Positions 24,176 to 38,663 of a stretch of DNA of 64,000 bases are shown one piece after another. The notes beneath the pieces were generated by a model, which saw only the letters and a list, made by a program, of their open reading frames with translations, did not search any database and had not been told where the DNA came from. The stretch lies in NCBI GenBank assembly GCA_051294375.1, contig CM119269.1, forward strand, positions 12,366,981 through 12,430,980. Reading direction: 5' to 3'. The translations under genes were made by a program, and so were the position numbers. The first letter of the stretch is position 1. The number at the start of each line of letters is the position of its first letter. Source of the DNA: Paraspadella gotoi. Its lineage: Eukaryota; Animalia; Chaetognatha.

Positions 24176-25188
24176 CAGAAATGTCACAGCTTTGCTATGA
24201 ATTGATCCAAACTGATGTCACATTAAGGATCAACTTAAAATAATCGAAGATAAAATTGAAACATATAGAAAAAGAAAGTTTGCTGTTTTCCATCAATATT
24301 TTAAAGATTGAAAAAAACAAAAATTAATAATTAAGTATGACTTGTCTACTTGAAATGGAAGTATTTATCTTTGTTCGTTTCGTCGCGACAAAGAAGGACA
24401 CAACATAACTTCGTCTTTGTTTCCACGTTTCGCGTGGGTGATATCTCGAACATTTCTCATATACTTTCAGCCAATGAGAGATGTCTTTGACTTTAATATT
24501 GACCAATCAAGAGCAAGAATTTTTTGAAAGATAAAGAAATGACGGAAATTTTTCGAAATTTTTTAGCGCCAGTGATGATGGGAGTTATTTAGCCAAATAT
24601 AAATTTTATTAAATAATAAAATAACTACTTAAACTTCTTTTGTCCAGTCCTCCCACCATTGGATTCTTTTCAGGCTTACTCATATTTTTTTTAAATAATA
24701 TAAAATAAGAAATTCTTCTGTTAGGTTGGCGACCAATTTTGTCTTCAAAAATTTTAACCACGAGAAAATGACGAATCCAAATCTTTCTTCTCGAAACGCG
24801 AGTAAGACACTGGGACGGGCCCGCGAGTCAGCGAGCCAGCGAGTCAGCTCGATCTAGCGAGTTCGTGGGCGAATTCAAGATCAATGAATCGTTTTTGATT
24901 GAATTAGAAAAAGAGAAAATGGTTTTTTTTTTGTTAAAACTTAAATTCAAGGAATAACCACAGTGAGTACGACGACGACGACGACGACCACGACGACATC
25001 AAATTCATCTTGAGAAGAGATTCCATGTTTCGAATGAACGTCTGGATTTGCTTCGCCGTCGCAAGATCACTGCACAATGCAGAGTGCACATCTGTACGGA
25101 CCGGACTTACAGTTACAATACTGTTTTGGATTAGATATATTTTTGCCCCAAGGAAAAAAAAGACGACGACGAAGAAGAAGACGAAGGA

Positions 25189-25224
<36 letters not shown>

Positions 25225-26147
25225 AAAACCGGTTTGAAAGGGATTGTCTCTTCGATTCGCTCCCGATCGGCTAAAATTTACTGAATTGAAAAACCGGTTG
25301 GATTTTAGAGACGAATCTGTCGAAAACTTTTAACGTGAGGCGACTTACATTAAAAAAATAATATTCAAACTTGATTTACGATTCATGCATGAATGGTAAA
25401 CTATACTTAAAAAGAATAAGAAATTAAAATTATTTGATGTTTCAATGAACAAAATTAAATTCGTACTTAGAATTATATATTATATTATATTATCTTTCCG
25501 TCGCGTTATTTTGATCGGAAACCAAGATTCAATTTGAATTCCCGCGCCATCCTACTCGCCCCCCCACCCCATGTCTCATCGCTCAAGCCTCGCGATTTCC
25601 GCTAAAATGATCACGAATACATACAATAAATCCAGGCTAAAGTTTCATCCTCGCCCTTTCCTCTCTCATTCACATGCGCGAGGGGGGCCTCGCAGTTTGC
25701 CCTTTCCATGTTTCATCTCTCTGAATATTGCTTTGAAAAAAAAATTATTTGGTTATTAGTGTTTTAAACTTTTAATATAAATTTTCTTTAACGTACATAG
25801 GAGAAATAATATAATAGAAATGATAATCATCATGACAATATCAATTATAATATAGTATCAATTGTACAAATTTCATAGTATATTATATTATATATAATAT
25901 ATATTATATATACTATATTTCACAAAGCGGGAGTTGCGGCTTTAAAAAACGCAGTTGGGTTTAGCGCCTCCATTACTAAGAGGGAGAAATAGAAAATCTA
26001 AAAAGCAGAAAGGAAAAGGAAAAATAGAATATAATAATAATAATACATAAAAAACTCTACAAGCATGATTAGGATTGTCTTACGCCGGTGTGTACGACAG
26101 AGGCTATTTACCGTGTATAACTAACGCAGAACGTGCGGAGAGAGAGA

Positions 26148-26239
<92 letters not shown>

Positions 26240-26601
26240 AAAGAGAGAGAGAGGTGGGCGGGAGGACACTGGTTAAAAAAAAAAATTCAATTACTGTTTG
26301 AATTTATCAGTTGAAAAAATCACACATTGTTTCTTTTCTCCCGAATTTGAAGAAAATTGGATGGAAAAGAAAGAAAAAAAAAAGAAAAGAAAAAAGTCTC
26401 TTCCCTGGATTTCCTCCTTAAGCCCCTTTCCTTCTCTGTCTCTGTCTCTGTCTCAAAACGTTTCCCCTCCTCTCTCTCTCTCCCTTTTTTTGGTTCATCG
26501 ACAAGAGGGATGGTTAAGAGAATGAATGGGAGAAATGAACGAAGGAAGTGGGGAGAAAATGAGAGAAAACTCGCTTNNNNNNNNNNNNNNNNNNNNNNNN
26601 N

Positions 26602-28644
26602 ATGTCGTAAGTCTGTACATGGGAAAACTTTTCCATTTATAGGATAAATAGCTTTAGGATTTTATAGGACGTTGCCTGGATGTCTGGCTATTGCCCATTT
26701 AAGCAATTTTTCAAAAAAATAATCTTAAACCACTTAAAAATTGGGTCAAAATTTTTTAAAAAACTTGCATAGCTCTAATATATTTGAAATTTTTTTCTTA
26801 AAATTTTGCTAACTTGTACTTAAGAGGTTTGTAAACTTCTGTAGAAATATTGTTACTATCAAAAAATTTTTTGCCATATTTATCAGTGCTAATATTTTAG
26901 ATGGGTCATTTTTTCAATGATGCATAACTTCCTTATTTGTGAATATTATGGTTTTAAATTTTAGTAATAGGTGGGCCTTGGGTAGTCCTACAATACATAT
27001 AAATTTCAATCATTTTGAAAAACTTTTTGACACAGGTCAATTTTTTTTTACAAAATTCAATTGTCAATCCTGCTAAAAATATTATTGCAAATAATGTTAT
27101 TCTTTGCCTATAAATCAGTTAAAACATATTTAAAATAAGCCTAAAGCAAAACATTTTTCTCAACATTTTTAAAAACACATTTGCATATTGTTGCATTTTA
27201 TAATTTTTTACAATTTTTTCACATAAAACTAATCCATTTTTAAAATTTTTGGTACACAGATAATATATAATCAAACCTTTAAAAATATACCATCAAACCT
27301 AATTTTTAATTAATTTCAAATATTTTTAATGTATTTTATATATTACTAAAAATTATGATTTTAATAAACATTCTGCTAACTTTTTCAAAAGTGGGCATCA
27401 TTGAAAAGAGGGCAACTCAAGGATTCCAAATATATAATTTTTTTACCAATTTAATGTCCCAAAGCTGAGATAATTCTTTCCAAAGTGCTCAAAAAATTGA
27501 AAAAACACTACTTTTTAATCGTTAATAGAAAATGCGACTATGATAGTTTTGTTTCAATACTTGGTAACTAGGTCAAGAATTGTTCATATTTTGTGGTAAT
27601 GTCATGTCCAGGGAAGAAAATAAATATTATAGTAGTTTCCTCAATCGATTTTAAATTTGGCAGAACATTTTACTCTTTTTTACCAAGTTTTTAGAGAATG
27701 CTAAACGTTTCTCTGATTACGCAAAATAGAATTTGAGAAATAAAAAATTAATAGTACCAATAGTTGGTGTTATGTCTCAAATAGATGGAAAAAAAACCTT
27801 GTTTAAAAATTTGATCTGGAAAAGGGGTAACTTTGGCATACCAATGGCATCGTCAATGCCAATCGTTCTTTCAAATAATTTTTTTTTTTTTAATACATTG
27901 AAAGGGGAAAAGGAAATTCGAAATGCTGGTGGTATGAAAGTTATAGAAAATCTGGCCATAGTGACTTGATAATCATGACCTTTTATGTCTTGTGTAATGG
28001 GGGCAGTAAATAGACCCAAAAAATTCAATCATTAAGTCAGTCAATCAACCCTTTCAAATAGACTGTTCTGCGAAATTTTTTCTCTTCACTCAAAAATTTA
28101 TTTTCTTCACTAAAAAATTTCGCAGAACAACCTATTTGAAAGGGTTGATTGACTGACTTAATGATTAAATTTTTTGGGTTTATTTACTGCCCTCATTACG
28201 CTAGACATAAAAGGTCATGATTTTCAAGTCACTATGCCCAGATTTTTTATAACTTTCATGCCACCAGCATTTTGAATTTCCTTTTTTCCCCTTTCAAATG
28301 TATTAAAATAAAAAAAAATATTTGAAAGAACGATTGGCATGGACGATGCCATTGTTACGCCTAAGTTACTCCTATTCCAGATCAAATTTTTAAACAAGGT
28401 TTTTTTTCCATCTATTTGAGAACATAACACCAACTATTGGTACTATTAATTTTTTATTCTCAAATTCTATTTTGCATAATCAGAGAAAGGTTAAGCATAC
28501 TCTAAAAACTTTGGTAAAAATTGCTTAAATGGGCAATAGCCAGACATCCAGGCAATGTCCTAATAAAATCCTAAAGCTATTTATCCTGTAAATGGAAAAG
28601 TTTTCCCATGTACAGACTTACGACATTCTTGGTTTCCGGTACTG
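26602..28644. mobile_element. Non-autonomous Tc1-like element, left tip lost in the N-gap
   Basis: ~110-bp inverted repeats at 26602-26710 and ~28517-28626; right end ...GGTTTCCGGTACTG|TA (TA-CAGT terminus typical of Tc1); no transposase ORF. Confidence 0.8.
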
Positions 28645-29530
28645 TATAAATTATTTACAATTTACAAATTATTACAAAACATTAATAAATTTCTATAAAA
28701 TTAATAATGCTGTGATGCCAGGCTTTGGTATGTTTAAGATAAATATTCAAAATATACCTTTAAAATATAAGATAAGCAACAATGAAGTATCACCATTTAG
28801 TGATGGCTCGCCTATACCTGGATATTGGGATTAAAGAGCCGAAATCCATGAAGGGTATAGGTTCCAACTGATGACCCTCCCATTGTATAAACATAAATGA
28901 TAAAAATTATTCAAAAAAGAAATAATTAAAAAGTAGTATAAAGAAAAAATAAAATTGTCATTAAAGTATTTTAAAAATTATATTCATGACATAAAGGTGC
29001 CCCTATAGACCTTTCCCCAGTATGTATCCCTATCAGAACATACAATTCTACATGGTAGTCTTATCCCTATTGGTAAAAAAATCATTATAACGTTGGTCCC
29101 CCCTCAAAAAATAATCAATTCCCACCCCTTTCTGTTCAGCCTCTTAGATATTATGATTTTTCATTAATGACTTTCTAACAGAAATGATGTGTGATATCTA
29201 TTAGAAACTAGTCTAGATAGTAATCTAACCTTGTGTTGTATAGATGCTCCCTCTATTTCCAGAAGACAACACTGACTTCCCCTTCCCAAATTGAATTATT
29301 AGATAAATAAAATATTTTTAAAAAAGAAAGCAATATATATTTGATTAAATAATAAAGATTAAATACTAAATCCTTCATAAAAATATTAAAATAGAAAAAT
29401 ATAAAATAGTGAAACAAGTAATTTGCAAATTTTCATATACTCGATAATTTTACTACCTCGCATAAAATTATTATTTTTAATTGACTCAATTCAATTTTTT
29501 GTTCTTCTTACTCGTGTGACATGTCTCTCT

Positions 29531-29603
<73 letters not shown>

Positions 29604-29642
29604 TTCTTTAGCACAAAAATGTAGACTAAATTTCAAACCTGT

Positions 29643-29688
29643 TAACGCTGATGAAGGCTCGAAATTAAGAGCCGAAACATGTACGTTA
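29643..29688 (+). ncRNA. Minimal type I hammerhead (duplicate of 19480-19525)
   Basis: TAACG-CTGATGA-A-GGCTC..GAGCC-GAA-ACATGT-A-CGTTA. Confidence 0.85.
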
Positions 29689-29864
29689 TGAAAGAAATAA
29701 ACCAATCGTTGTTGAAACAAATTTTTCAAACTTTTTATATTTTTGGTCTAACTTTTTATGGGGAATCTAAATCTTTAATAAAGACTTCATATACTCGATA
29801 ATTTTACTATCTCGCATAAAATTTTTATTTTAATTGACTCAATTCTAAGCTACAGTCTTCTTAC

Positions 29865-29944
29865 CCATGAAAGAAGGCGATGGCTGCAGCGACGAAGAAA
29901 GCCGCAAAAACAAAGGAGGATCGTGTTGAATCGATGGAGTGTGG

Positions 29945-30031
<87 letters not shown>

Positions 30032-32648
30032 ATCATATTCATTTTTTAAATACTTAATAAAATAAATAAAGAAGGAAATATTAAACGAGGAAAAGGTGTT
30101 ACAAAAATATGTTTTTATTAAATTAAATATTTAAACATTTTTATACTAATTATCAGTTAGCGAAGTAGTAGATTCACATAGTAGCATCTTATAAGGAGTA
30201 TGTTTATGATCTAACTGCCAAAATAGAGTGGTGTGAAAATAATAAATTTTTAGAAAATTAAAATTTATTTTTTAATTTTATACATACAGTGAGCTATATT
30301 ATATATAATAATAAGTATATAAGAAGCTAAAATTTAAAAATGCACTTGATGGCAGCCGTGTGTCCCACCTTTCCGAGGTGGGATTAGACCTCCATTTGAT
30401 GTCTTTTTTGGCTAGCCTCCGACAAAAAAACTAACAAAGCTACAATTTCATAAGTTTTTCGAGCTGTTTTTTGCTAAATATAGTTTTTTTGTAATAATAA
30501 CATAATTTTTAAAAAAGATTTATAATTTCTTTTATCAACTTTTAACGAGGAATTTAAAAAAACACTATTTTAAAATTTTGATATTATATAAGGGTAGTAT
30601 TATATACAAAATAAACTGACTGGGCTACAATATTTATAAAAAAAAAATAACTAGAGATTAGAATACATTAATATAATAGTTTTTAAAATATAATTGCTAA
30701 GTTTTGATTCCAAACTTTCACTTCACCCTACTAAAGGAGTTATCCCTGTTTTTTTTACTTTTGAAACACTGTAGCACAAAAGGAGACAATGACAAAAAGC
30801 GGAACAGCTGGTCACCATTAATTTATTAAGTTTAAATATTTTTCAAGCTATCGATAATAAATAAATATTTTTATTTAATTTCTTGAACGTTTTCTGTTTA
30901 AACGGAGAGTAGAAAAATTTGTGCGTCTCGAAAGAATTAACATGTGCAAACCAAAGATAATTAATTTCATAATTAATAAATAAATTGACAATAAATAAAT
31001 AAACAAATTGAAAATACTCTCGACTTTTCGAGCACCATACTTTTCTTTAAGACAGACCTACTATCGTAAATTCTGAAAAAAAACAGGTTTCAAGGAAAAT
31101 TAGTTGCATTGGTTTTATTTATGGTAGGTCTTTCAGAAATTAGCAAATCGCATGTAAATTGTAACACTGATTAAAATAATAAAACGTTACCTGGATCCGT
31201 GAAACCGCGTAAAATCCTAAAATGACGGAGAGGAAGAGAGAGAAGATGGCAAATGCCATCAAACCGAATGTGGCGCGCATCAGGTGGAACCGGTGCCATT
31301 CCTGAGACGAAGAGGAAAACAAATCTGGAATCATCAGCCTCTTTTTTTTTTCTCTCAAAGTCAATTTGTGTTTTTTTCGAGGGAAAAAAAAGAATTCGAA
31401 GTCAAAATGGAATCGAGGCCATATTTACTTAAAGCGGCCCATTTTATTTTATATTCCAAATAAAGTTAATTTTTAGAATTAAAGATATTGCCGGAAAGAC
31501 AACGATAACACCACTCTCCTTATTATAATTATTATATATTATATATCATTATATTAAATTAAACTAATAATTGAAGTATTTTGCTTTCTTTTCGTTGCGT
31601 TTTGATGAGAGAAAACAAAGTTTGTAATTTTTAATAGAGAAACTATTTTTTAAAAATATAACAACGGACATGTTTCGGCTGTTATTTTTCGAACCTTCTT
31701 TCACGGTTGAAAGTAAATGGCATCAGCAAACAACATCACCAAGAGCAACAGCATCAGTAACAGCATCAGCAAGACTAATAGCATCAGCATCAGAAACAGT
31801 GTCAGCATCAGCATCAGCAGCATCAGCAGGAACAGCATTTGCCGCCAGAATCTCTCCTTTCTCACTTTGTTCCGGAAGTTGACGTTGTGATCTGGCGAAT
31901 CTGCAAGTCGATGTAGAAGCAACGAGTCGAGATTCCTGAAGCGAATCTTTCGAATTGATTGACGAGATCGAGAGGATCGACGCCGCTCCGCTATTAGGGA
32001 TGACATAGACGATTAAGGGAAGGACTCCATTGTTGACGTCGTTGTTGTTGTCTGTCGTGCGAGGATTTAGCGCTATATTTTATTTCATTTCTAAGCCGTC
32101 CTCACGCAAGTTACCGCCAGGGTAAAGTACCGTTGAGGATTGATCCCGGTACCTAATGGTCATGAGGTCTGATTTTCAGGTATATTTAAAAAATTTCGAA
32201 ATGTAATGTTTAATTCCCAGAGCTAATTTTTCTTACGAGGCGACAAAGTCATTGGGACCCTAGGTCCTTATTACCAGATGTTAACAGCGAACTATATTTC
32301 GTCATTGATATTATTTGGCTTGTTGTGTTTTTTTTTAGGGACTCACCGTGAACTCGTCACACATGCATTCACGCAAGAGGCCGAAGTGATGAGGGTGATG
32401 CTCGTGTCGAATCGACTCGTGACTGCAGGGGCGCCTGAATCAAAAAAAAAAAAAAAAAAACTAGAGTGAGACAGAGGACAGAGCGAGAGAGAGACAGAGA
32501 TAGTGTCCGCCCGTCCGTTTTTTTTCTCACCGGTCGTTCTCCAAACGTCCATCCAGTGATCAGTACCGAGAGCGATGATGCTGCAGATGAGCGCCAAAAT
32601 CGCGAAGAACAGGCCGAGGCCAATGAACAAACTCATTTTACGCTGCAT
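29865..32648 (-). pseudogene. Second copy of claudin-like exons 1-7, frameshifted as assembled (likely haplotype duplicate)
   Basis: Same exon sequences with different 1-bp indels; exons 8-11 are not duplicated. Confidence 0.6.
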
Positions 32649-35076
32649 CGCTGCTCCGTTCGGCCTCTTGCTTGCCGCTGGTACTGCCGCTTTTGTTGTT
32701 GTTTTCGTTTGACTTTTATTTACACTTTGGAGTCGGAGATTAAAGAGTTGTGCTGTTTGTTTGTTTGTTTGTTAAAGAGTTTTTGCTGTTTGTTTGTTTA
32801 TTTGTTTAAAGAATTGTTCTGTTTGTTTGTTTTTTTCACCGAATCGTTTCTTTACTGTGAATTGTTTTCTGTTCCTGTTTAGCGCGACTTTAAAGAAATA
32901 GAAATGAAATATATTACTGTAGTTGTTGTTGTCGATTCAATTTGTAAAAATTAAAAAAAAAACAATTTATAATTTGTCAAGAAAAAAAAATAGAAAAATG
33001 AAAGGGGAAGAAATGCGTGTGAACGAATGAACGACATATATTGCAATCACGGGTTCCGTGATGTATGGCATCTACTGGGCTTTCGTTCCGACCATCCATC
33101 ACTGGCCTACGCTAGACGTTTGTTGCTCCAACTACCAAGCAATGTCGGGATTTATTTTCCAGAAGATAATTTTATAAGATAATATTTCGAAGCCTACAAG
33201 GGCTGCGTCGACCGTCAGATGAACTATCTTGAAAATGTAGCAAGGGTTTATCAATCGTAAAGGGACAGTAAAATGTCGAATAAATGACGATTATTTAATT
33301 TTGGCTAAAATAAAGCAGCAAAATGGCCACTCAATACTGACCCGACGCGGCTCACAGAATATCTTTAATTAATATTTATAAGGATTATGATGACGACGAC
33401 GACTTCCGATGATAATTGATGATCATGATGGATTTATTAATGATAATGAAAACGACAAGAGGTAAAGGACCTTTTTTCACCCCAGAGGGCGTGGCTACCG
33501 TGACACAGTTAATCGCGTCCCGTCACTCCGGTTTTGATCGACCGAGGAATCCGAAGAAAACAATTAAAAGAAAAACCGGAAAAAAAAAGAGAAAAAATGT
33601 TAAAGAATAAAGAGACTGTAGTCGGCATATCATATCCACAAGACAAACTTATTACGAGTCTCGCGTCCAATTTTCTTTCTTTATTTCTTTTATTATTGTT
33701 GTTGTTGTTGTTGTTTTATTCATTTTTATGCTAATCCAAAGAAAATGATTTCTCTTCGATATTGAGAAAAGGATTCGATGTGAATTAAATCGAGCTGTGT
33801 GATCAGGTGACGTGTAGAAGAGACCTGGTGGAGACCCTTCACAATTTTTTGGGAGGGAGGAATTTTAAACTACGATTAATTTTATAACTTATAAAAATAT
33901 TTATATCCATATTTTTTGTATTTTTTTAATGTTTCAACTTCATATAAAAATATTTTGTGCGAAATTAATGTGTTTATTTTATCTTTATTTCTTTATATTT
34001 TTTCGGAACTCCCCAAGAGCCAAGTCCTCTGTCAATTTCTAGAATCTACCCTCTACACGCCTCTGGCAGAAATGTCACAGCTTTGCTATGAATTGATCCT
34101 AACTGATGTCACATTAAGGATCAACTTAAAATAATCGAAGATATAAATTGAAACATATAGAAAAAAAGTTTTGCTGTTTTCCTCAATATTTTAAAGATTG
34201 AAAAAAACAAAAATTAATAATTAAGTATGACTTGTCTACTTGAAATGGAAGTATTTATCTTTGTTCGTTTCGTCGCGACAAAGAAGGACACAACATAACT
34301 TCGTCTTTGTTTCCACGTTTCGCGTGGGTGATTCTCGAAATTTCTCTATACTTTCAGCCAATGAGAGATGTCTTTGACTTTAATATTGACCAATCAAGAG
34401 CAAGAATTTTTTTGAAAGATAAAGAAATGACGGAAATTTTTCGAATTTTTTAGCGCCAGTGATGAGGGAGTTATTTTAGCCAAATAAAAATTTTATTAAA
34501 TAATAAAATAACTACTTAAACTTCTTTTGTCCAGTCCTCCACCATTGGATTCTTTTCAGGCTTACTCATATTTTTTTAAATAATATAAAATAAGAAATCT
34601 CTTCTGTTAGGTTGGCGACCAATTTTGTCTTCAAAATTTTAACCACGAGAAAATGACGAATCCAAAATCTTTCTTCTCGAAACGCGAGTAAGACACTGGG
34701 ACGGGCCGCGAGTCGCGAGCAGCGAGCCAGCGAGTCAGCCGATCTAGCGAGTTCGTGGCGAATTCAAGATCAATGAATCGTTTTTGATTGAATTAGAAAA
34801 AGAGAAAATGGTTTTTTTTTTTTGTTAAAACTTAAATTCAAGGAATAACCACAGTGAGTACGACGACGACGACGACGACCACGACGACATCAAATTCATC
34901 TTGAGAAGAGATTCCATGTTTCGAATGAACGTCTGGATTGCTTCGCCGTCGCAAGATCACTGCACAATGCAGAGTGCACATCTGTCGGACCGGACTTACA
35001 GTTACAATACTGTTTTGGATTGATATATTTTTGCCCCAAGGAAAAAAAAGACGACGACGAAGAAGAAGACGAAGGA

Positions 35077-35112
<36 letters not shown>

Positions 35113-36934
35113 AAAACCGGTTTAAAGGGTATTGTCTCTTCGATTCGCTCCCGATCGGCTAAAATTTACTGAATTGAAAACCGGTGGATTTTAGAGACGA
35201 ATCTGTCGAAACTTTTACGTGAGGCGACTTACATTAAAAAAATAATATTCAAACTTGATTTACGATCATGCTGATGGTAAACTATACTTAAAAAGAATAA
35301 GAATTAAAATTATTTGATGTTTCATGAACAAAATTAAATTCGTACTTAACAACTGTCAAGCAGGGGGAAAACTTAAATAATTTAATGTACATTTCTAACA
35401 GTCTTTATGCAGTGGGTCATAAGATCCGTCAACTTAGGAGTTCTTATTGGAAACATCTGAATTTTCACTTATAAGGGAACATACTCTGTGAATAAAAGAC
35501 GTGAGTCTGTTAAAAGCTTCAGCGCATTTTATCGTGAGAGCAACACAAACCTGTCTCGAATAGCTATTTAAAATGTAATTTTATTGGTTGATTTATAAAA
35601 TACCTTATTTATGCTAGCGGAGACATTCCGATTAATATAAGAGTGGTTTAAATAATTTGAAATTTACTCATTATAGGAAGAACTGATGAATACAAGACTG
35701 TGATGATAAAGTTCAGGATATGTATTACTAGATAGGAGCTTAAACCAAAAGCGTCATCGGGCAAGATACTTATAATAGATAATTATATTTTGTACCAATT
35801 TATATTATATATATTATCATTATCTCTCGTCGGCTGTTATCTTTGATCGGAAACCAAGATTCATTTGAATTCCCGCGCCATACCTGACTCGCACCCCCAC
35901 CCATGTCTCTATCGCTCAAGCCGTGGTGCGATTTCCGCTAAAATGATCAACGAACATACAATAAACCAGGCTAAAGTTTCATCCTCGCCCTGTTCCTTCT
36001 TCATTCACATGCGCGAGGGGGGCCTCGCAGTTTGCCCTTTCATGTTTCCATCTCCTGAATATTAGCTTTGAAAAAAAAAATGTATTTGGTTATTATGTGT
36101 TTTAAACTTTTAATATAAATTTTCTTTAACGTACATAGGAGAAATAAATAAATAGAAATATAATCATCATTGACAATATAATTATAATAGTATCAATTGT
36201 ACAAATTTCATAGTATATTATATTATATCATAATATATATATATATATAACTATATTACAAAGCGGGAGTGCGGCTTTAAAAAACGGCGAGTTGGTTTTT
36301 TAGGCGCCTCCATTACTAAGGAGGAGAAATAGAAATCTAAAAAAAGCAGAAAGGAAAAAAGCGAAAAATAGAATTATAAGTAATAATAAAACATAAAAAA
36401 ACTCTACAAGCATGCATTAGGAATTGTCTTACGCCGGTGTGTACGACAGAGGCTATTTACGTTATAACTAACGCAGAACGTGCGGAGATAGAGAGACAGA
36501 GAGGAGAGAGAGAGAGGAGAGAGAGAGAGAAGAGAGAGAGCGAGAGAGAGAGAGAGAAGAGAGAAGAGAGAGATGAGAGAGAGAGAAGAGAGAAAAAGAG
36601 AGAGAGAGTGGGCGGAGAACTGGTTAAAAAAAAAAATTCAATTACTGTTGAATTTATCAGTTGAAAAAATCACACATTGTTCTTTTCTCCCGAATTTGAA
36701 GAAAATTGGATGGAAAAAGAAAGAAAAAAAAAAGGAAAAGAAAAAAGTCTCTTCCCTGGATTCCCCTTAAGCCCCTTTCCTTTCTCTGTCTTCTGTCTCT
36801 GTTCTCAAAACGTTTTCCCCTCCTCTTCTTCTCCCTTTTTTTGGGTTTCATCGACAAGAGGGATGGTTAGAGAATGAATGGTGAGAAAATGAACGAAAGG
36901 AAGTGGGGAGAAAATGAGAGAAAACTCGCTTTAT

Positions 36935-37018
<84 letters not shown>

Positions 37019-37153
37019 CGTATTTTTTTGCGCCGTTTGCAATTTTCCCTCTTTTCCTTTTTCCTTTTCTTACAATCCCTGTCACAGAAGGAAAAGAGAT
37101 AGTGAAAAAAAAGTTTTCCTCTTGCGGTGAAGGCCGCGGGGAGGGAGAGAGAG

Positions 37154-37238
<85 letters not shown>

Positions 37239-38663
37239 CCGCCGTCTTCTTGTCGAGGAACCCGCCAAGGACCTCGCGAGACGAAGATTTCTCAGGTCAG
37301 GATGCTGTTTATTGAGAAACCCTTTTAAAACTACTCGCTAACAGTCAATACCCTATATTTTTAAGGCAGGACATTTGATATATATATATATATTTATATA
37401 TGGTTGTGCCTATTTTATATATAACAGAATCTATCATTCTCTAAACTTTCTTTTTCTCTCTGATGCAACGAGGCGACAGTCGATGCTTCAAAGTTCAGCA
37501 TTGAATTTCAATGCTGCCCTGTCCTTTGAGTCACTTTTTAGTTGCGCCTCGAGTACTCGCTGAGCAACTCTTTCAGTCGGTCTATCCCACTTACGTTAAA
37601 ACTATCTGGCATATAGTTGGTTGCTCATTTGTCAAGACAGAAAAAAACCTCAAACTAAGTGACTACCAGCGCCGCCTTTAGGAAATCCTAAAACATTAAA
37701 GAATAAAAGACGAAATTCCAATGCAGTGCGTGTCATAAATACAAATACAATATAAAGACGTTTGTTATACATAAATTTCCGAGTTATGTAGTCATGTGAT
37801 CACAGGAAAAGAAAAGAAAGAAAAGAAAAGAAAAAAAAAAGAAAGAAAAAGATAAGAAAGTCAACGCGACGCATCAAATTGGATGGACCGATCTTGTTTG
37901 ACTAATTTTTTTCTCTAATAACTAATCTAATCAATTTTATAAAAAATACGATTATTTAAAAAAAATTCTAATTTTCTTTTTTAAAAAACACATTCATAAG
38001 GTTTTTACTCTCGCACTCCTCGTAAGACGTAAACAAAAAAGAGAGCAAATGATACAAAACAAAAAGACATTTTTTCTTTGACTTCGTCGATGGTGACGTC
38101 ACGACTTTGATTCTCAAAACATTTTTTTTTATTATTCGTCGTCGTCGTCGCTTCCTTGTCTAAATTCTTGTACAAAGTTCTAAACAAATGTTTTAAAAAA
38201 ATAACATTAAGCCATGTGATACACGTGATAACCAAGAAGACGATTTTGGGTTAAAGAAACAATTTTTTTAAAGTGAGGATCAAGAAAACTTTATTATCCG
38301 TCCTTTGCCCCTAACCCCCCCCCCCAAAAGTCACTTCTCCGTCCATCAGCCCCTCCAAGGCCGGGCGACGACCTCTTAGAGAGGCCCTATGTGTCTGGAT
38401 TTAGGACAGAATTTACAAAGGCAGCCTTTTGGACGAGGTGAGTTCTTGATCTTCTCAATGTCGTTGGGATCCGGAGTTTCTGCAAAAGGAATTGCGAGTT
38501 ATTGCAGATTTGCTCATGGAGGAGCGAGTGACCCTATTGCAGAATGCAGAATGGCCACTCACTAAAGGATTTGAAATCTAAATGTATTGTCTGAAGTCTG
38601 AAATCTTAATCAGGATTACAATATTAGCTTACGTTGAAAGAAATCAGGGACCTGCTATGTAAT

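Larger units (their letters stand above)
28645..36930. repeat. ~8.3-kb near-identical duplicate of 18501-26576
   Basis: Colinear match throughout, differing mostly by 1-bp indels plus an insertion at ~35349-35800 and the region at ~33010-33120. Confidence 0.95.

Noticed and set aside
24990-25260. Cys-containing exon-like stretch (QYCNCK...) as an insulin-like peptide
   Set aside because: Cys spacing does not match insulin chains and the frame differs between the two duplicate copies.
35683-35720. CTGATGA hammerhead core
   Set aside because: No stem II followed by GAAA and no stem I/III pairing.
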